Source of the DNA: Takakia lepidozioides | Lineage: Eukaryota > Plantae > Bryophyta | Assembly (NCBI GenBank): GCA_030704615.1 | Contig: CM060732.1 | Span: forward strand, 60,512,001-60,576,000 | Length of the DNA stretch: 64,000 nucleotides | Direction: 5' to 3' | In this document: positions 37,917 to 49,616 of the stretch, one piece after another | How positions within the stretch are numbered: position 1 is the first letter of the stretch | How the letters are laid out: every line of letters starts with the position of its first letter | The notes under the pieces: generated by a model | What the model saw: the letters and a program-made list of their open reading frames with translations, nothing else | Databases searched by the model: none | Told to the model about the DNA's origin: nothing | Position numbers and translations under genes: made by a program

Positions 37917-40523
37917 CTATTAAAAATAAATAAAAATTGTTGGAGAGGGGCAGTTTGGTCATTTTGGCCATTTTGGATATTTTGGCCTTAGTTGCAAATT
38001 TGGACGTGACGTGGCGTTGACGCGTCAGTGTGGACGTGCCTCCACCAGTACGGAGAGCTCGAGCCTGGGCTCGAGTGGTCAAAGAGGGACCCAGTGTTGT
38101 GTGGTCCATCCTTGCCATCATGCGTAGTGTTCTAGGCGAGTGCTGACTCTCTTCCACATTTGCCGGAGCCGGGTGTGTCGCTCTTGCTACGGCGGCATGC
38201 AATTTTTCAATTGAATCCGATATGTTTGGAAGTGGCAAGAACACTCCTGGAATAGAGGCAACTTGGTCACGCCATGTGTTCTGCCAATACTTTAGAACAC
38301 TCGTGATGACAGCCTTGAAATTGTCCAACACCTCCTGCTGCTGGGGGTCTCTGCGTAACTCTGGAAAAAATGGCCCATCATCCCGACGAGGCACCCAGTA
38401 CGTCTCATTCATATCCTCCCAACGGATGCTAGCGGCCTCCAACTCCCTCAGAAATAGGTCTCTCCCAATCGGTTCGCGATTGTATGGGTCGTTTTCCGCT
38501 GGCACCCACAGATCCTCAGGCAGTCAGAAGAATCTTTGTCTGGTACAGCTCCAATGCCCTCCCAAGTTCCGGCAAAAAAGCTCTATTTGGACTAGGTCCC
38601 GTATGCCTCTAGCACGCACGGTTATTTCCCAGTTGGATGTCACCCAAAAGGTCACCGGATCTTTAACCCTAGTTAACGTCTTCACATCCAAGGCGTGCAT
38701 CTCTCTTGAAATATCCCATGTCATTGTCTCCCCCCAGTGCTGCCAATTTAAAAAATTGTAAGGCGATACATCCAATGGCATGTTATACCGGTTGTACTCG
38801 TATCCCGTGGGCATATTGTCTTGCAACCCAAACAACTCGTAGAAACGTCGATGGATTGGTCCACGGCAGTCAGGACATTAGCTGGCTCGCATGGCTGCCG
38901 ATATGAGACATGTGGGATGGAACAAATGGTCACATGAACCAAGCATATAGCCTCCATCCGGTCCATAAAGGTTTAGGCACATTGTGCACACCGTACCATC
39001 TGTTACCCATGACGCTGGATTGTTCTGTGGTTTCCACGTCCGTTTATTCTCATTAATGTAGGATGACATCCTCAGCCTGGTGTCCCACTCCTCCTCTACT
39101 TCCAAATCCCAGTTTATGCTGTTATTGGTATCGGAAATTGTATGCACACAGAGCTCAAACATGACATGCACATCACCCCATGTGGTGAATCCAGTGTACT
39201 TCTACGTGAATATATCACGCACAGTGTCGTGCCTTTGCAAATTAGCATAGATGCTATCTACGCTTCGATTCGACAAACGTGCTGCACGTTGGAAGGAGGA
39301 CAACGCTTCTTCTATCCGTGTTTCCCGCGATGCTAGATGGCTCGCCCATGTCACCCAATTCCGCCAATTCCCCTTCAACCATGGCCATGATCGGATTTGC
39401 ATGACATTTGAGTACCGATATGCAACAACCCTAGCTTGCTCGCGTTCCCCAACAAGCTGCTCTAATTCCTGTTCTTGGGCCGATGTAATTTGCACGGCTG
39501 AACATTCCCCAGTTTCCACTATGGGGTCCTTCCCATTTCTTGCCCTCTCCGCCGCAAGTCTTTCTTCCTCAACCCTCGCCGGGTCCAGTTCAGACGTTTG
39601 CACTTCATTCTCATGCTCGATTGAGTCAACCCCGTTGATGACGCGGTCAATGTCCATTGGTGGCATATTCAAACGCGCCAATATGTCTTGCTCGTTGGTG
39701 ATTGGTCTTGGGTCCTGAAGCACACCGCGTATGCTGTCGAGAGTCCCCAACCTCATTCTTTCCAGCAACTTTGCTATTTGTCACCGTTGCAAACGAACAA
39801 TGTCTTGCAGGTCTTTGATGTGCTGTTCATGTGCGGCCAACTGTTCCTCCAACGGAGAGCGTACATCGCCCCCCTCCACCTCAGACGTTGAAGGCCTAGC
39901 TGCGGAGACCTGTTGCGGCGTATAATCTGGAGGTTGGTCTGCATTTCCTCATTCTTCCACATCGTCGTTTCCATCCGCCTTTCCTCCTTCTTCTACCTCG
40001 TCGTTTCCATCGAACCGTATGATGTCCTGTCCCTGACGTATATACAAGTCTGGGATATCAGAGAACATGTATAGTTTAGTACGCTGTCTCGCAGTGGCAG
40101 TTTGCCAATCCACTGGTCGCAATAAAATCAACTCTGTATACAACATGGCCGTAAATAAATACGGGACCTTGTTGTTGAGGAGCGGTTGACCCCACAATGT
40201 TGTATGTACCTCCTCTGCCATGTGGCGGAAATGCGGGTTGGCGCAGGAATGCAAACTAGTTTGATTTTGTTTGATTTGTGGATCATACCTATCTCTGGGC
40301 CACAAACGATTTATGTGACACCAGTCCACAAATTTCCTGCAGTCACCAAGCGACCACCGCTGCCCCAACTTCCAAACTTCCCAACCTGGTTCCGCAAGAA
40401 TGTTGGGGTCATTGTATATGTCCCAATGAAGTTTGCGCCTAGCCCATTTTGGTTTTTTTTTGGAGGTCCAGGTTCATTATCGTCATCCCTAGGATGACCT
40501 CCTCCGTCTTCCTCCTCCGCCAT
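37759..40523 (-). pseudogene. Unknown TE-associated gene family, copy B: reconstructed ~830-920 aa protein with coiled-coil-like region and RING-H2 finger
   Basis: ORFs 39949-40368, 39202-39768, 38878-39171, 38524-38835 and 37759-38505 share one frame, broken by five stops (39949, 39781, 39202, 38878, 38524). One frameshift lies in the T9 run at 40453-40461. RING-H2 CTMC-x14-C-x-H-x2-H-x2-C-x10-CPDC at 38866-38988. The last ~90 codons probably read through into the repeat array. Confidence 0.85.
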
Positions 40524-40951
40524 TTATGGCTTTGGCTTACCCCTACTCGACATGTGTTTGCTAAGAAAAATGCTCTCCCAACCCTCCTAAATCATACCTA
40601 ATCCTACTCCCTAATGAATCCTCCCAAAAAACTAGAGGTACGTGTCACTCCCTCGGCAGTTCTAAGTGATATGACGCAATGTGCAATGAAAAAAACGTGG
40701 GTGCTAGAGGAGGGCTTCCCCGGAGGTACTCAACATCGATTTCATAGAATCCAATGGCCCAGAATACCCCCCACCCAACCAATAGCACCCCTCTCCACTT
40801 GGACTCAATGACAAAGAATGCAACATCCCATCACCCACCAAGTCTTGGTGTGGAGAAAAGTGAGGGAGAGAATGGCCTCCAAGGCCTTATAAGCCCCCCC
40901 TCCACACTCGGGGCGCGCGCTGTCATCATGACTGCACACGCTAGTAATAGC

Positions 40952-41470
40952 TGCGACCGCCAGTAGGGGTGGTCGCATCTTTTTTTCTTTTCTTTATTAT
41001 GTGCGACCACCAGCAGGGGGGTGGTCGCAATATAGGGGACCGCCACGGCCAATCCGATCCCTCTTTTCTTAGGAACCCGACAAGTTCTCAATGTGCCATC
41101 AGCCCATGCCCTTTCGTATTGTTTCTTTATGCATTGTATTAATTTCTATTATATAGCGGGTCGCCCAATCGTGCCTCTTCATAATGTTGTTTGGCATATA
41201 AGCGGGACCGCCAACGCCGGCGATCCCGATACCCATTCATATAAAATGAAACGAATAATGGGGACCGTCAGCGCTGGCAGTCCCGATTTCCATTTTAAAA
41301 TTGAAAAGTGAAGGGAAATATAGAGACCGCCAGCGCTGGCGGTCCTGAATTTGGAATTCGCAGTTTTTATTTTTTTATTTTATTTGGAAATTAGGGCGAG
41401 CCAATGGCACCCCGGTACTAATTTGTTTTTTAAAAACAATACGCAAATTCGCGATCGATTCTGGCGGTCC
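40952..41470. repeat. Mixed palindrome array (TGCGACCACC-type, then GGGACCGCCA-type)
   Basis: TGCGACCACCAGCAGGGGGGTGGTCGCA (~41002), GGGACCGCCAACGCCGGCGATCCC (~41204), GAGACCGCCAGCGCTGGCGGTCC (~41323). Confidence 0.85.
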
Positions 41471-41657
41471 CGGTTTTATGTTTAAAAAATAACCAACAGT
41501 CACTAGCTCAGTGTGCCCTGAGTGCCACCCAGATGGTTCTGGGGTCGAATTTTGCTACTTGACGGGTGTGTTATCATTTTCTCCCCATTGTGTCCTACTT
41601 AAACGCCTCTATGGCGCGGTTACTATCAAAGAGGTTATTTTCTCCTCTCACTATTAA

Positions 41658-42727
41658 CCCCTAAACGACGAGCCGACCCGAATCGGGTTGGCCCGATTTT
41701 TCATCCATCCGTAGCATGCATGGATGAAGTCCGATGAACGAACGGCTTGAACGAAAAATGTAGCGTGGAACGAGCTGCACACGCAGGTCTTTATGGCGCC
41801 CCCAACAGAGAAAAACTCCGCCGTCAGAAATTTTTTGAAGCTTGGAAATTGCAGGATTTTGGGTGGGTGGATGGGGGGGGGGGGGGGGGGGGGGGGACGG
41901 CAGTTGACTGTCGACGTGGCAGGTGGCAGCCGCCACGCGGGTGGGATTTTTTTTTTGGGTGGGGGGGGGGTGGGTTTCGGGGAATGCAGGGGTTGGAGTC
42001 GGGGGCTTGTGAGGCCTTCCCCAAAACGCCGAGGAACAACGGGACGGCTCGAATGAGCTAGCCCTGGCAAATAATGGGAAACCTCGAGGTGGCCCGGAAA
42101 ACGTCGCCGGATTCAGGCGAAATTCCGGCCACCAATTGCCTGACCTGGAGGAGGCCGGAAATTTCACAAAATCCCACATCCCAAATGCAATTTAGGGAAT
42201 TTTTGGGAAATTCTTGGGCAGGCTTGTGTAGTTCTTGGCCTATGAGGGACTGACCGTTGGAATTCCCAAATGAAGGAGAATTTGGGGTCCCAATTGGGCC
42301 TATACCATTTTCTTTGCAAATTCTCTTTTTGGACCCCCATTCCAGTCACATACAAAGCAACCCCGCTTTCATTTTGGCAGATTAGGGTGAAATTTGGTGT
42401 GAGGGTTTGGGATTGTGCACTTCACAGAAATATAGCAGTTTTTCTCCCAGGAAAATTTGGGATCAAGGATAATTTGCTTGGTCAAACATGAATTTTTTCT
42501 TTGTTTTTTCCATTTTCAAAAAAATGCACCGTCTTCAAATGTTATAATCTCCCAGACTACACGGTGGAATCTCCCTAAATTTGGGGGGCTTGTGCATCTT
42601 GTAGGTAGGAAACAGTTTATACGGTTCATGCACATGGATGAACGTTGGTGGGCAGGTAGCCGCTGACGTGTGAGGGTGGGTCTCGGAATTGTCCAAAAAC
42701 CCAAAAACACCTCTCGTCCTTTAGGGG
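41658..42727. mobile_element. Non-autonomous piggyBac-like element (1070 bp), TTAA target-site duplication
   Basis: TTAA(41654-41657)-CCCCTAAACGACGAG ... CTCGTCCTTTAGGGG-TTAA(42728-42731): 15-bp TIR with 1 mismatch, CCC/GGG termini. Internal G24 and other G runs; no transposase ORF. Confidence 0.8.
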
Positions 42728-42819
42728 TTAAGGGGCCTGATTTGCGAGCTATCGCTCTTGGGTGTTTCCCTTTCATTTTATTATATATATATATTTAAAA
42801 TAAATTAAGACGACGAAAT

Positions 42820-43186
42820 CGGGACCGCCAGCGATGACGGTCCAGAATTTTGCTGACGCAGTTTTTTCTTGGAAACTTAGGCGAGCCAGTGGCGGCGGGC
42901 GCCCCGGTACTCATTTTAAGAAAACCAAAAAGAAAACTCGAGACCGCCATCTCTGGCGGTCCCGAATTTCGAGTTCATAAACTTGGTCTAAAAATTTGGG
43001 CTAGCCAATGGCGCCCCGGTATTTGGGTTCCTCCGGTTATCGTTAATGTTTAAAAGCAAAACCGAAAATGGGCTGCCCAATGGCGCCCCGGATAAATAGC
43101 AATTGTCGGATAAGACACGGGCCAATAGTGCATTTCGGTTGCAAGATCTCGAATCTTGAGATCTGGGACGGATAGCTGGCGGTCCC
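42820..43186. repeat. GGGACCGCCA-type palindrome array plus CCAATGGCGCCCCGG motifs
   Basis: GGGACCGCCAGCGATGACGGTCC and GAGACCGCCATCTCTGGCGGTCCC, plus repeated GGGCT..CCAATGGCGCCCCGG. Confidence 0.8.
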
Positions 43187-43664
43187 CTTTATAAGGAGAG
43201 GCAGTTCATTCTTGGCCTCACTTTTCTCTCTACTTTAGCTTTGTGGGCATAGTGGGATGCTCCGCATCCCATGCAGCAGAGCTTAGTTGAGGAGGGCCGC
43301 CATTTTGAGGGTGGGGGAGGTTTTTGTCTCCGTTCCTTTGGAATCCTTGCTAAATCTGTCCCACGAAACCCTCTTCTGGCTTCCAATTACCTTTCTTTTT
43401 AGCCAACACATATAGTTAATTTTAATTAAAAATAGACCGCATAGAAATAGAAAATTCATCCCAAGTGTCCATATACATTCTAGGTTGGGTGTGTGTGTAC
43501 TTTTGGTTTTTTTTTTTTTTTTTTTTTTTTTTTTCACTTGTTTAAAACAACATGCACATTTTTGCTAGCCTAGTTGCTACCAGTTTCAGTCACACCTGTT
43601 GATGGCTATAATTTAGTTCCATTTTTTTTGGCCAAACAAGACATTTTAGGATACATTTAGGAAA

Positions 43665-44525
43665 ATGGTTGGAGATGATAAAGACCAACGTGAGCCACCA
43701 GAACACGCTATGGAAGCAGGACCATCTCGAAAACGCTATGTCAGGCAAGAGCTAAATTGAGACATAATACATATATTACAATCGGGAAATTTTGGTAGAA
43801 CCAGGTTGGGGGGATATTTCCAAAGGTCAGAAATGGACGTTGACACGATGCAAGAGATATGTGAAAATGCATCACATCAACCGTTTATGGCCTGAACATT
43901 GGCATGAGGTGCAAACGAGGCAAAGTTGTGGGGAATTTCAATCTTGCCTCGACGCACATTTCCGCCATATAGCACGTGAGGTGCACATGACATTGTGGGG
44001 CGAAGAACTGTTCAAACACCAAATCAGCTATTCTTTGGCTGCCATGGTATATGTCGAGTGCATTTTACATAAACTTGTGGATTGACAAACTGCCATTAAA
44101 AGAGGCAAATGAATAATATATGATGGGTCCGATATCCCCGACACTTACGATATGCACCGTCAAACCACAGAGGTGGAGGGATTACGTCCACAACATGCAG
44201 AGCCTTTGGAGATGCAAACCGGACTTCGGAGACAATGGGAGGAAAATACGTGAATAGTACCGGAGAACGAGGGGGTGAGAGATGTAAGCGCATGCAACAT
44301 TGGAAGAAACTCAATGGTTGCGCATCCATGAATTGACATTGAATATGGTGGTAACAGTTAAGTAGTCCTGAGATCGAGCGTTGCATTGAGCAACTGACAT
44401 TCGGGGTCGAAAGTCCTACAAGAACCATACCTCCGGGCAATACCATGAACGAGGAAGACAGAATTGCGCAAGAAAGAAAAATAAAATGCAAGGAGTCCAT
44501 GGTCGAAACCGGGGAATATTCAAAT
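43665..44525 (+). pseudogene. Unknown TE-associated gene family, copy C (truncated by a gypsy insertion)
   Basis: MVGDD...ILVEPGWGDISKGQKWTLTRCKRYVKMHHINRLWP...SCLDAHFRHIAREVHMTLWG...YSLAAMVYVECILHKLVD*QT...ESMVETGEYS. Confidence 0.8.
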
Positions 44526-44529
44526 CATG

Positions 44530-45213
44530 ACACATGTTGTAATCACGAGTTTGTCCATATTGACCTGCAGCTGTCAGTCCATCGAACAGACCGAAACTCT
44601 AGCAATTGCTGTTGCTTTGTTCAGAGCTGGTTCACAATTCCAGTCTTGTTCTTGGCACCTAACAATCTCCCCCTCCCAAACTTGACACATTGTCCCCAAT
44701 GACAGAAAAAAGAAAGATAATTTAATCTCAATTCTCTTTCCCAAGTAGCTTCTGTCTCTGGATAGCGCAACCATTTAATCAAATATTCTTTGCAAGGTTG
44801 ATTGCGCAAGTGCTTCAGTCGAGTTTGATTTTTCTCAGACTCAGCTATCAACTGACCATCGGTCATAACCTGCAACAATATGGGCAAGATATGAGACGAA
44901 TCTGACATATATTTTTTGAGAATGCTGACATGAAAAACCTTCTGAATCTTTGAATCTTCTACATGGGAGACAAATCGAATTCATATGCTACTATACCATG
45001 GTGTTCCAGGATTTTGAATGGGCCACAAAATCTTGGTGATAGTTTGTAACACTTGCCTAGTGTTAAATTGCTTCTTTTAGGTGTAACTTTCAAGAACACC
45101 ATATCACCAACAAAAAACTCATGAAAACTCTTATGCTTGTCAGCAAAGAACTTGACCAACTCCTGTACGTTCTGCGTGCTACGTTTCACCAAATTTAATA
45201 CAGAATACATCAA
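44530..45213 (-). mobile_element. Ty3/gypsy chromovirus 3' remnant (integrase GPY/F module, chromodomain, PPT, start of 3' LTR)
   Basis: VGDMVFLK...KLSPRFCGPFKIL; EYLIKWLRYPETEATWE; polypurine tract GGGAGGGGGAGA followed by TGTTAGG at ~44664. Confidence 0.88.
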
Positions 45214-46461
45214 GGGTCAATATGAGATCGATGGATTTTTCAAAGACTCATGTGAGAGTTTGTCTCCTAACCAGAGGACTTCCATTGAAAAAAAGAATAT
45301 CGGCCATACCTCTTGAGAGACGAGGCGTTGTTTTATAATGGTCGGTTGTGTGTCCCCATGCTCCCATATCTAAGATATCTAAGATTGTGAATTATTCATA
45401 ATAATCATAATGTTCCAATCTGAGGACACCCGGACTTTCAAAAGACCTACTGGTTAATACGGAAGTACTACTACTCTAATCGGGCATGAAAAGAAAAACT
45501 AAGGACTATGTTCAAAGATATTTCCCCTATCAGGTTTCGAAATCAGAATGAGTTACACTTCTTGGATTGTTGCAACCTGTCACTTGAATGTTATCATTTC
45601 AACAAATTTATCAAGTGTATTGTAAATATAATATTCAAGCGTGTAGTATATATTAAATCATAACAAATATAATATAAAATATTTATATTATATATAATAA
45701 TATAGAATATTAAACTAACAAACAAATTAAAAAATATATAATATAATTCTTTTTAACCAACAAGAATCAGTTATCAACGACATAAATCATTTATCATATA
45801 CACAATTATCACTCTATCCAACAAATATCCAGTATGAATCATTCATATTTTATCTTCACTTACTACATATCTATTTACTTATATCAATATATATTTTACT
45901 GTTATATCTTTATATTTCAGCTTTAAGATATTTATTACATGAACTACATATATAAATAGACTTATCTAAAAATTAATAATAAAAATTAGATTATAGAATT
46001 ATAATATAGGCATTTACTAATATTATATTATAATTTTAGAATATATATGAAATAAAAATAAAAATAACATATTATTATATTACGTCATGGTTTCAACCTC
46101 AAATTTCATCATTCCAATTCAAATCCAATTAATCAAGTTATTTAACATATTACATTTTAAAAATTCCAAATATATTAAATGTAATATCTATATAAAATTT
46201 AAATAGATTTATTTGAAGTATTGATAATAAATATGAATATATAATAATATGGTATATATATTTTATTTTAAATAAAATTTAACATGTTTATATATTAATA
46301 TGTTATATCATGTTCTCAACCTTAGATTTCATCATCTCAATAAGTTCAAAATCCATTCAATCACGTTATTTATCATATCACATTTCAGAAAACTATATTT
46401 TCTTAAAGGCCTTCACGCCATTATTTTGTATGCTATAATGGATGGCTATAAGGGTTCAAAT

Positions 46462-46947
46462 CAGTGTTGGTCTGGTATCAGGTTTTTTACGTACCAGATT
46501 GGTCCTGGTACCAGCCCAATCATAAAACTTTCATACCAGTCTGGTCTATATAATGTTGGATGTATTTTTTTCCAGATATTGGTATGAGTATGAGTATCAT
46601 GATCACAATACCAGCTGGTATGGGATATCAATTCTGGTATCATTCAAAAGCCATTTGACTTACAAGTGAAAACAAAGATCAAGTGAAAATAAATACAATG
46701 AACATAAAGTAAATATAAATAAGTACATGTATGTCCACATAAACTAGTATAATACACATACCAGAGTAAATGAGGAAGATGGCGGGGAGTACTGGTATTA
46801 TGGCTGGTATGAGAATACGGATACCAACCTGGTTTGGTATATGACCTGGTATTGTAGAACTTTAAGACCAGGCTGGTCTGGTCCATGATACCAGGGTTGA
46901 TACCAACGTTGATACTCGGGTCTAATACCCATACCAGACCAACACTG
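46462..46947. mobile_element. hAT-type MITE (486 bp) with 17-bp TIR and perfect 8-bp TSD
   Basis: GTTCAAAT|CAGTGTTGGTCTGGTAT ... ATACCAGACCAACACTG|GTTCAAAT; many internal ATACCAG/CTGGTAT motifs. Confidence 0.92.
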
Positions 46948-48980
46948 GTTCAAATCCCCATACAAAAATAAATTTATTGTGAATACCAAAGTTGAAATTA
47001 TAAATACCAAAAGGTCAATGCCCACCTTACTATCCCATTCTAAAAACCATGTTTTACTCTCTAAGTAGTGCACGGAAAACTAGCTGTAGTCAATGTGATA
47101 CATATGTCTTCTATATAGGAGAGAAGATTCTCGATTATAAACCACCAAGTGTACGAAGTTCATTAATTTATTTTTTAAGTTATTCTAAAATTGCCACAAG
47201 GGCCACATGTAAATTCTACTCAGCACCCATGTGGCAAGAATAACGAGGTAGCAGGATTAGAAAAGTGACTATATGACAGGTGTCACAATTTAACAGGTCC
47301 ACGTAGAAAAATCTAGCTCCTGATATTTAACCCTTTGTCTTGCCTACAAACAAAAACTTGGCACTTGTTGGCATCCTAAAGAGCTAGAGGGCTTTGCACT
47401 GTTTCGCACAACTAGTGACGACTTCATTGAACAATATCGAAAAAAAATTTATTGAATCAAGTGGTATAAAAAGTGTGCGATCAATGTGCAAACTTTGGGT
47501 GATGTTTCCTTGGAAATAAGACAAAAATATAAAAATAAAAATAAAAAAACCTTTGGCATCTAAGAGTACGGTTGATTGCGTCCATTTCTGGATGTGTACT
47601 TTAGTGTGAATAATAGAAGCCGAGGCTTGTTTGTTAGCTACATTCTCTTAAAGTTGGAACTATAATTAATACATATACTAATTGATATTTTTTGTTCATC
47701 AAATAAAAAACCAATTTTTATTTTCTTTTTAAAAAATTATTGAAGTTATATGAGTATTTTTCTTTTATATTCATTAATATTCTAAATGATAATATTTTAT
47801 TATATTTGTTGTGATAAAACAACATTGGGTAGTAAAAATCGCATTTTTCCTGTATTTATCAAAGTTGATAAAAACAAAGCAATTAATTTCGAGACATTTG
47901 TGGTGGGATTAGATTTTTTTTATTTTACTGTATATTTTATATAATATTTTCATAATATTATTTATGATCAACATATTATCATTGTTGTGCAACACACAAT
48001 GTATGGATATCGATAATTTGGTATTTTCAAACTTTTCTTGTTTTTTTCGAATGCATTTCTTTTATCGTCTTTTCTCTATCTTTAAGCATTAATTTTATAT
48101 TTATTTGGAGATTAATATTTTACTATTCTCCATATTAATTTTTTTTTCAAATTTTCGGGATAATTTACTATCATATTATTTATCTGTTTGAATTATTTCT
48201 TACAAGATATTACAAATAATTATATCAAAAACTTATGCACATAAATGACATGAAATATAAGTAATAAAAACGGTGATGCCTTAGTAGTTTGTCCATAAAA
48301 TACCTCATAACAACTAATGCGTAAATAAGTGATGGGATAAATGGCATATCATCTATTCCAAAGCGTCCAAATCACGAATAGAATGAAAAGACTCCCGCCC
48401 ATCCAACTTGGTAGCTCGCACATTGTAAGGTTTCTCCAATTAAAGGCAAGGAGTTGGTTCAGGTTGATGAAAGACATCCTATGAAGAAAAATCAAAAGCA
48501 CTGTCTATCTCTCTATTCATTTTGACCTCATATTGCCTTAGTTATCGACTCTGAATATCTATTTTGCTTAAGAAGAAACGTTCACGCACACATAGATCAA
48601 TTCATTAAGTTTTAACAAAAATCTAAAATATTTTCTATCAAAATTAATGTTGTCTTCTTTGAGTCACCAACCGAATACTTAAATAGATTAACATTTCAAT
48701 TTAGAAGTAAGTTGAGAAGCAATTGTAGAAGACAAAGCTCCAAAAAGAACGTCTAACGGAGGACTTTTATACATCCTATAGGTTTGGGAGTCTCTCCTTT
48801 GTTTGCAAGAGGAAGAAAGAGAAATACATAAATTATATAGTTTATTTCGCCTATCAATCAATAGCTCTCTTTTCTTGACATCAATGTACTGAAATCGCAT
48901 TTCCTTGGTGGATAGTTGCATAGTCTAGTTTGACATTTGCTCTTCCTACCGCAATTGCAATTTCAATTTCCAATTTAATC

Positions 48981-49305
48981 TTACAAAGACAACGAGACAT
49001 ACTAACATACTTACCTCCGTAGTGCCGATGCACCCGCAGGGTTGTTGAGGGGCTCCGCTTCATCGAAGCAAATTCGACACATCCGCTTTTCGGCATCTTG
49101 ATTTTCGGCATCCATAGCACAAGGACGAGGACGAGGAAGATGAGCTAGGACGAGGAAGATGAGCTAGGACGAGAAGATATGCGATGTTTAATACACTGGA
49201 TATCCGGGAACTGAAGAAATCTACGTAGGAAGGAGGAATTTGAGCACTTCATCAATGTCGTTGTACGTAAGATTCTTCATGTAAAAGAGGTCAATGTCAA
49301 ACTCA
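48981..49305. repeat. Composite repeat: 48981-49178 is inverted to 50845-51010; 49181-49305 is direct to 51080-51204
   Basis: Direct sequence comparison; ORFs 48881-49120(-) and 50882-51127(+) share SGCVEFASMKRSPSTT. Confidence 0.85.
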
Positions 49306-49616
49306 TAACCGGTAGTGTTTTTGCAATCCTCAGCTGATCAGATGAAGCAAAACTTCTTCGCAATTTTCGTGGGAACTAAGCACTCGAGTATCCTACAAAG
49401 AACATCTCTTTCAACACATGACCAAATCACCATGTGAAAATGCATCAATGCAAGGTTGAGAAACTCCAAGACTCCGGGCCGGGGAACTACAAAAGGTCTG
49501 TCGGGAACATGAACTATAACTTTCCTGAAACGAAATCTCTCCTTCAACAATTCACCGCCGGTTGGAGGTGGCTGGTAGCAGAGGAGTCCGTTGACACTCA
49601 ATATTAACAACATCCG
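49300..49616 (-). pseudogene. NIF/FCP1-like (HAD superfamily) phosphatase domain remnant
   Basis: LLILSVNGLL...FVVPRPGVLEFLNLALMHFHMVIWS...FCFI*SAEDC fits the LLVLDxxGxL...RP...EFL......F.V.IWS...F.W....C pattern. Catalytic Asp lost; Trp changed to stop. Confidence 0.7.

Noticed and set aside
47327-47340. TTAACCCTTTG as another piggyBac-like end
   Set aside because: No partner inverted end found; a match this short is expected by chance.
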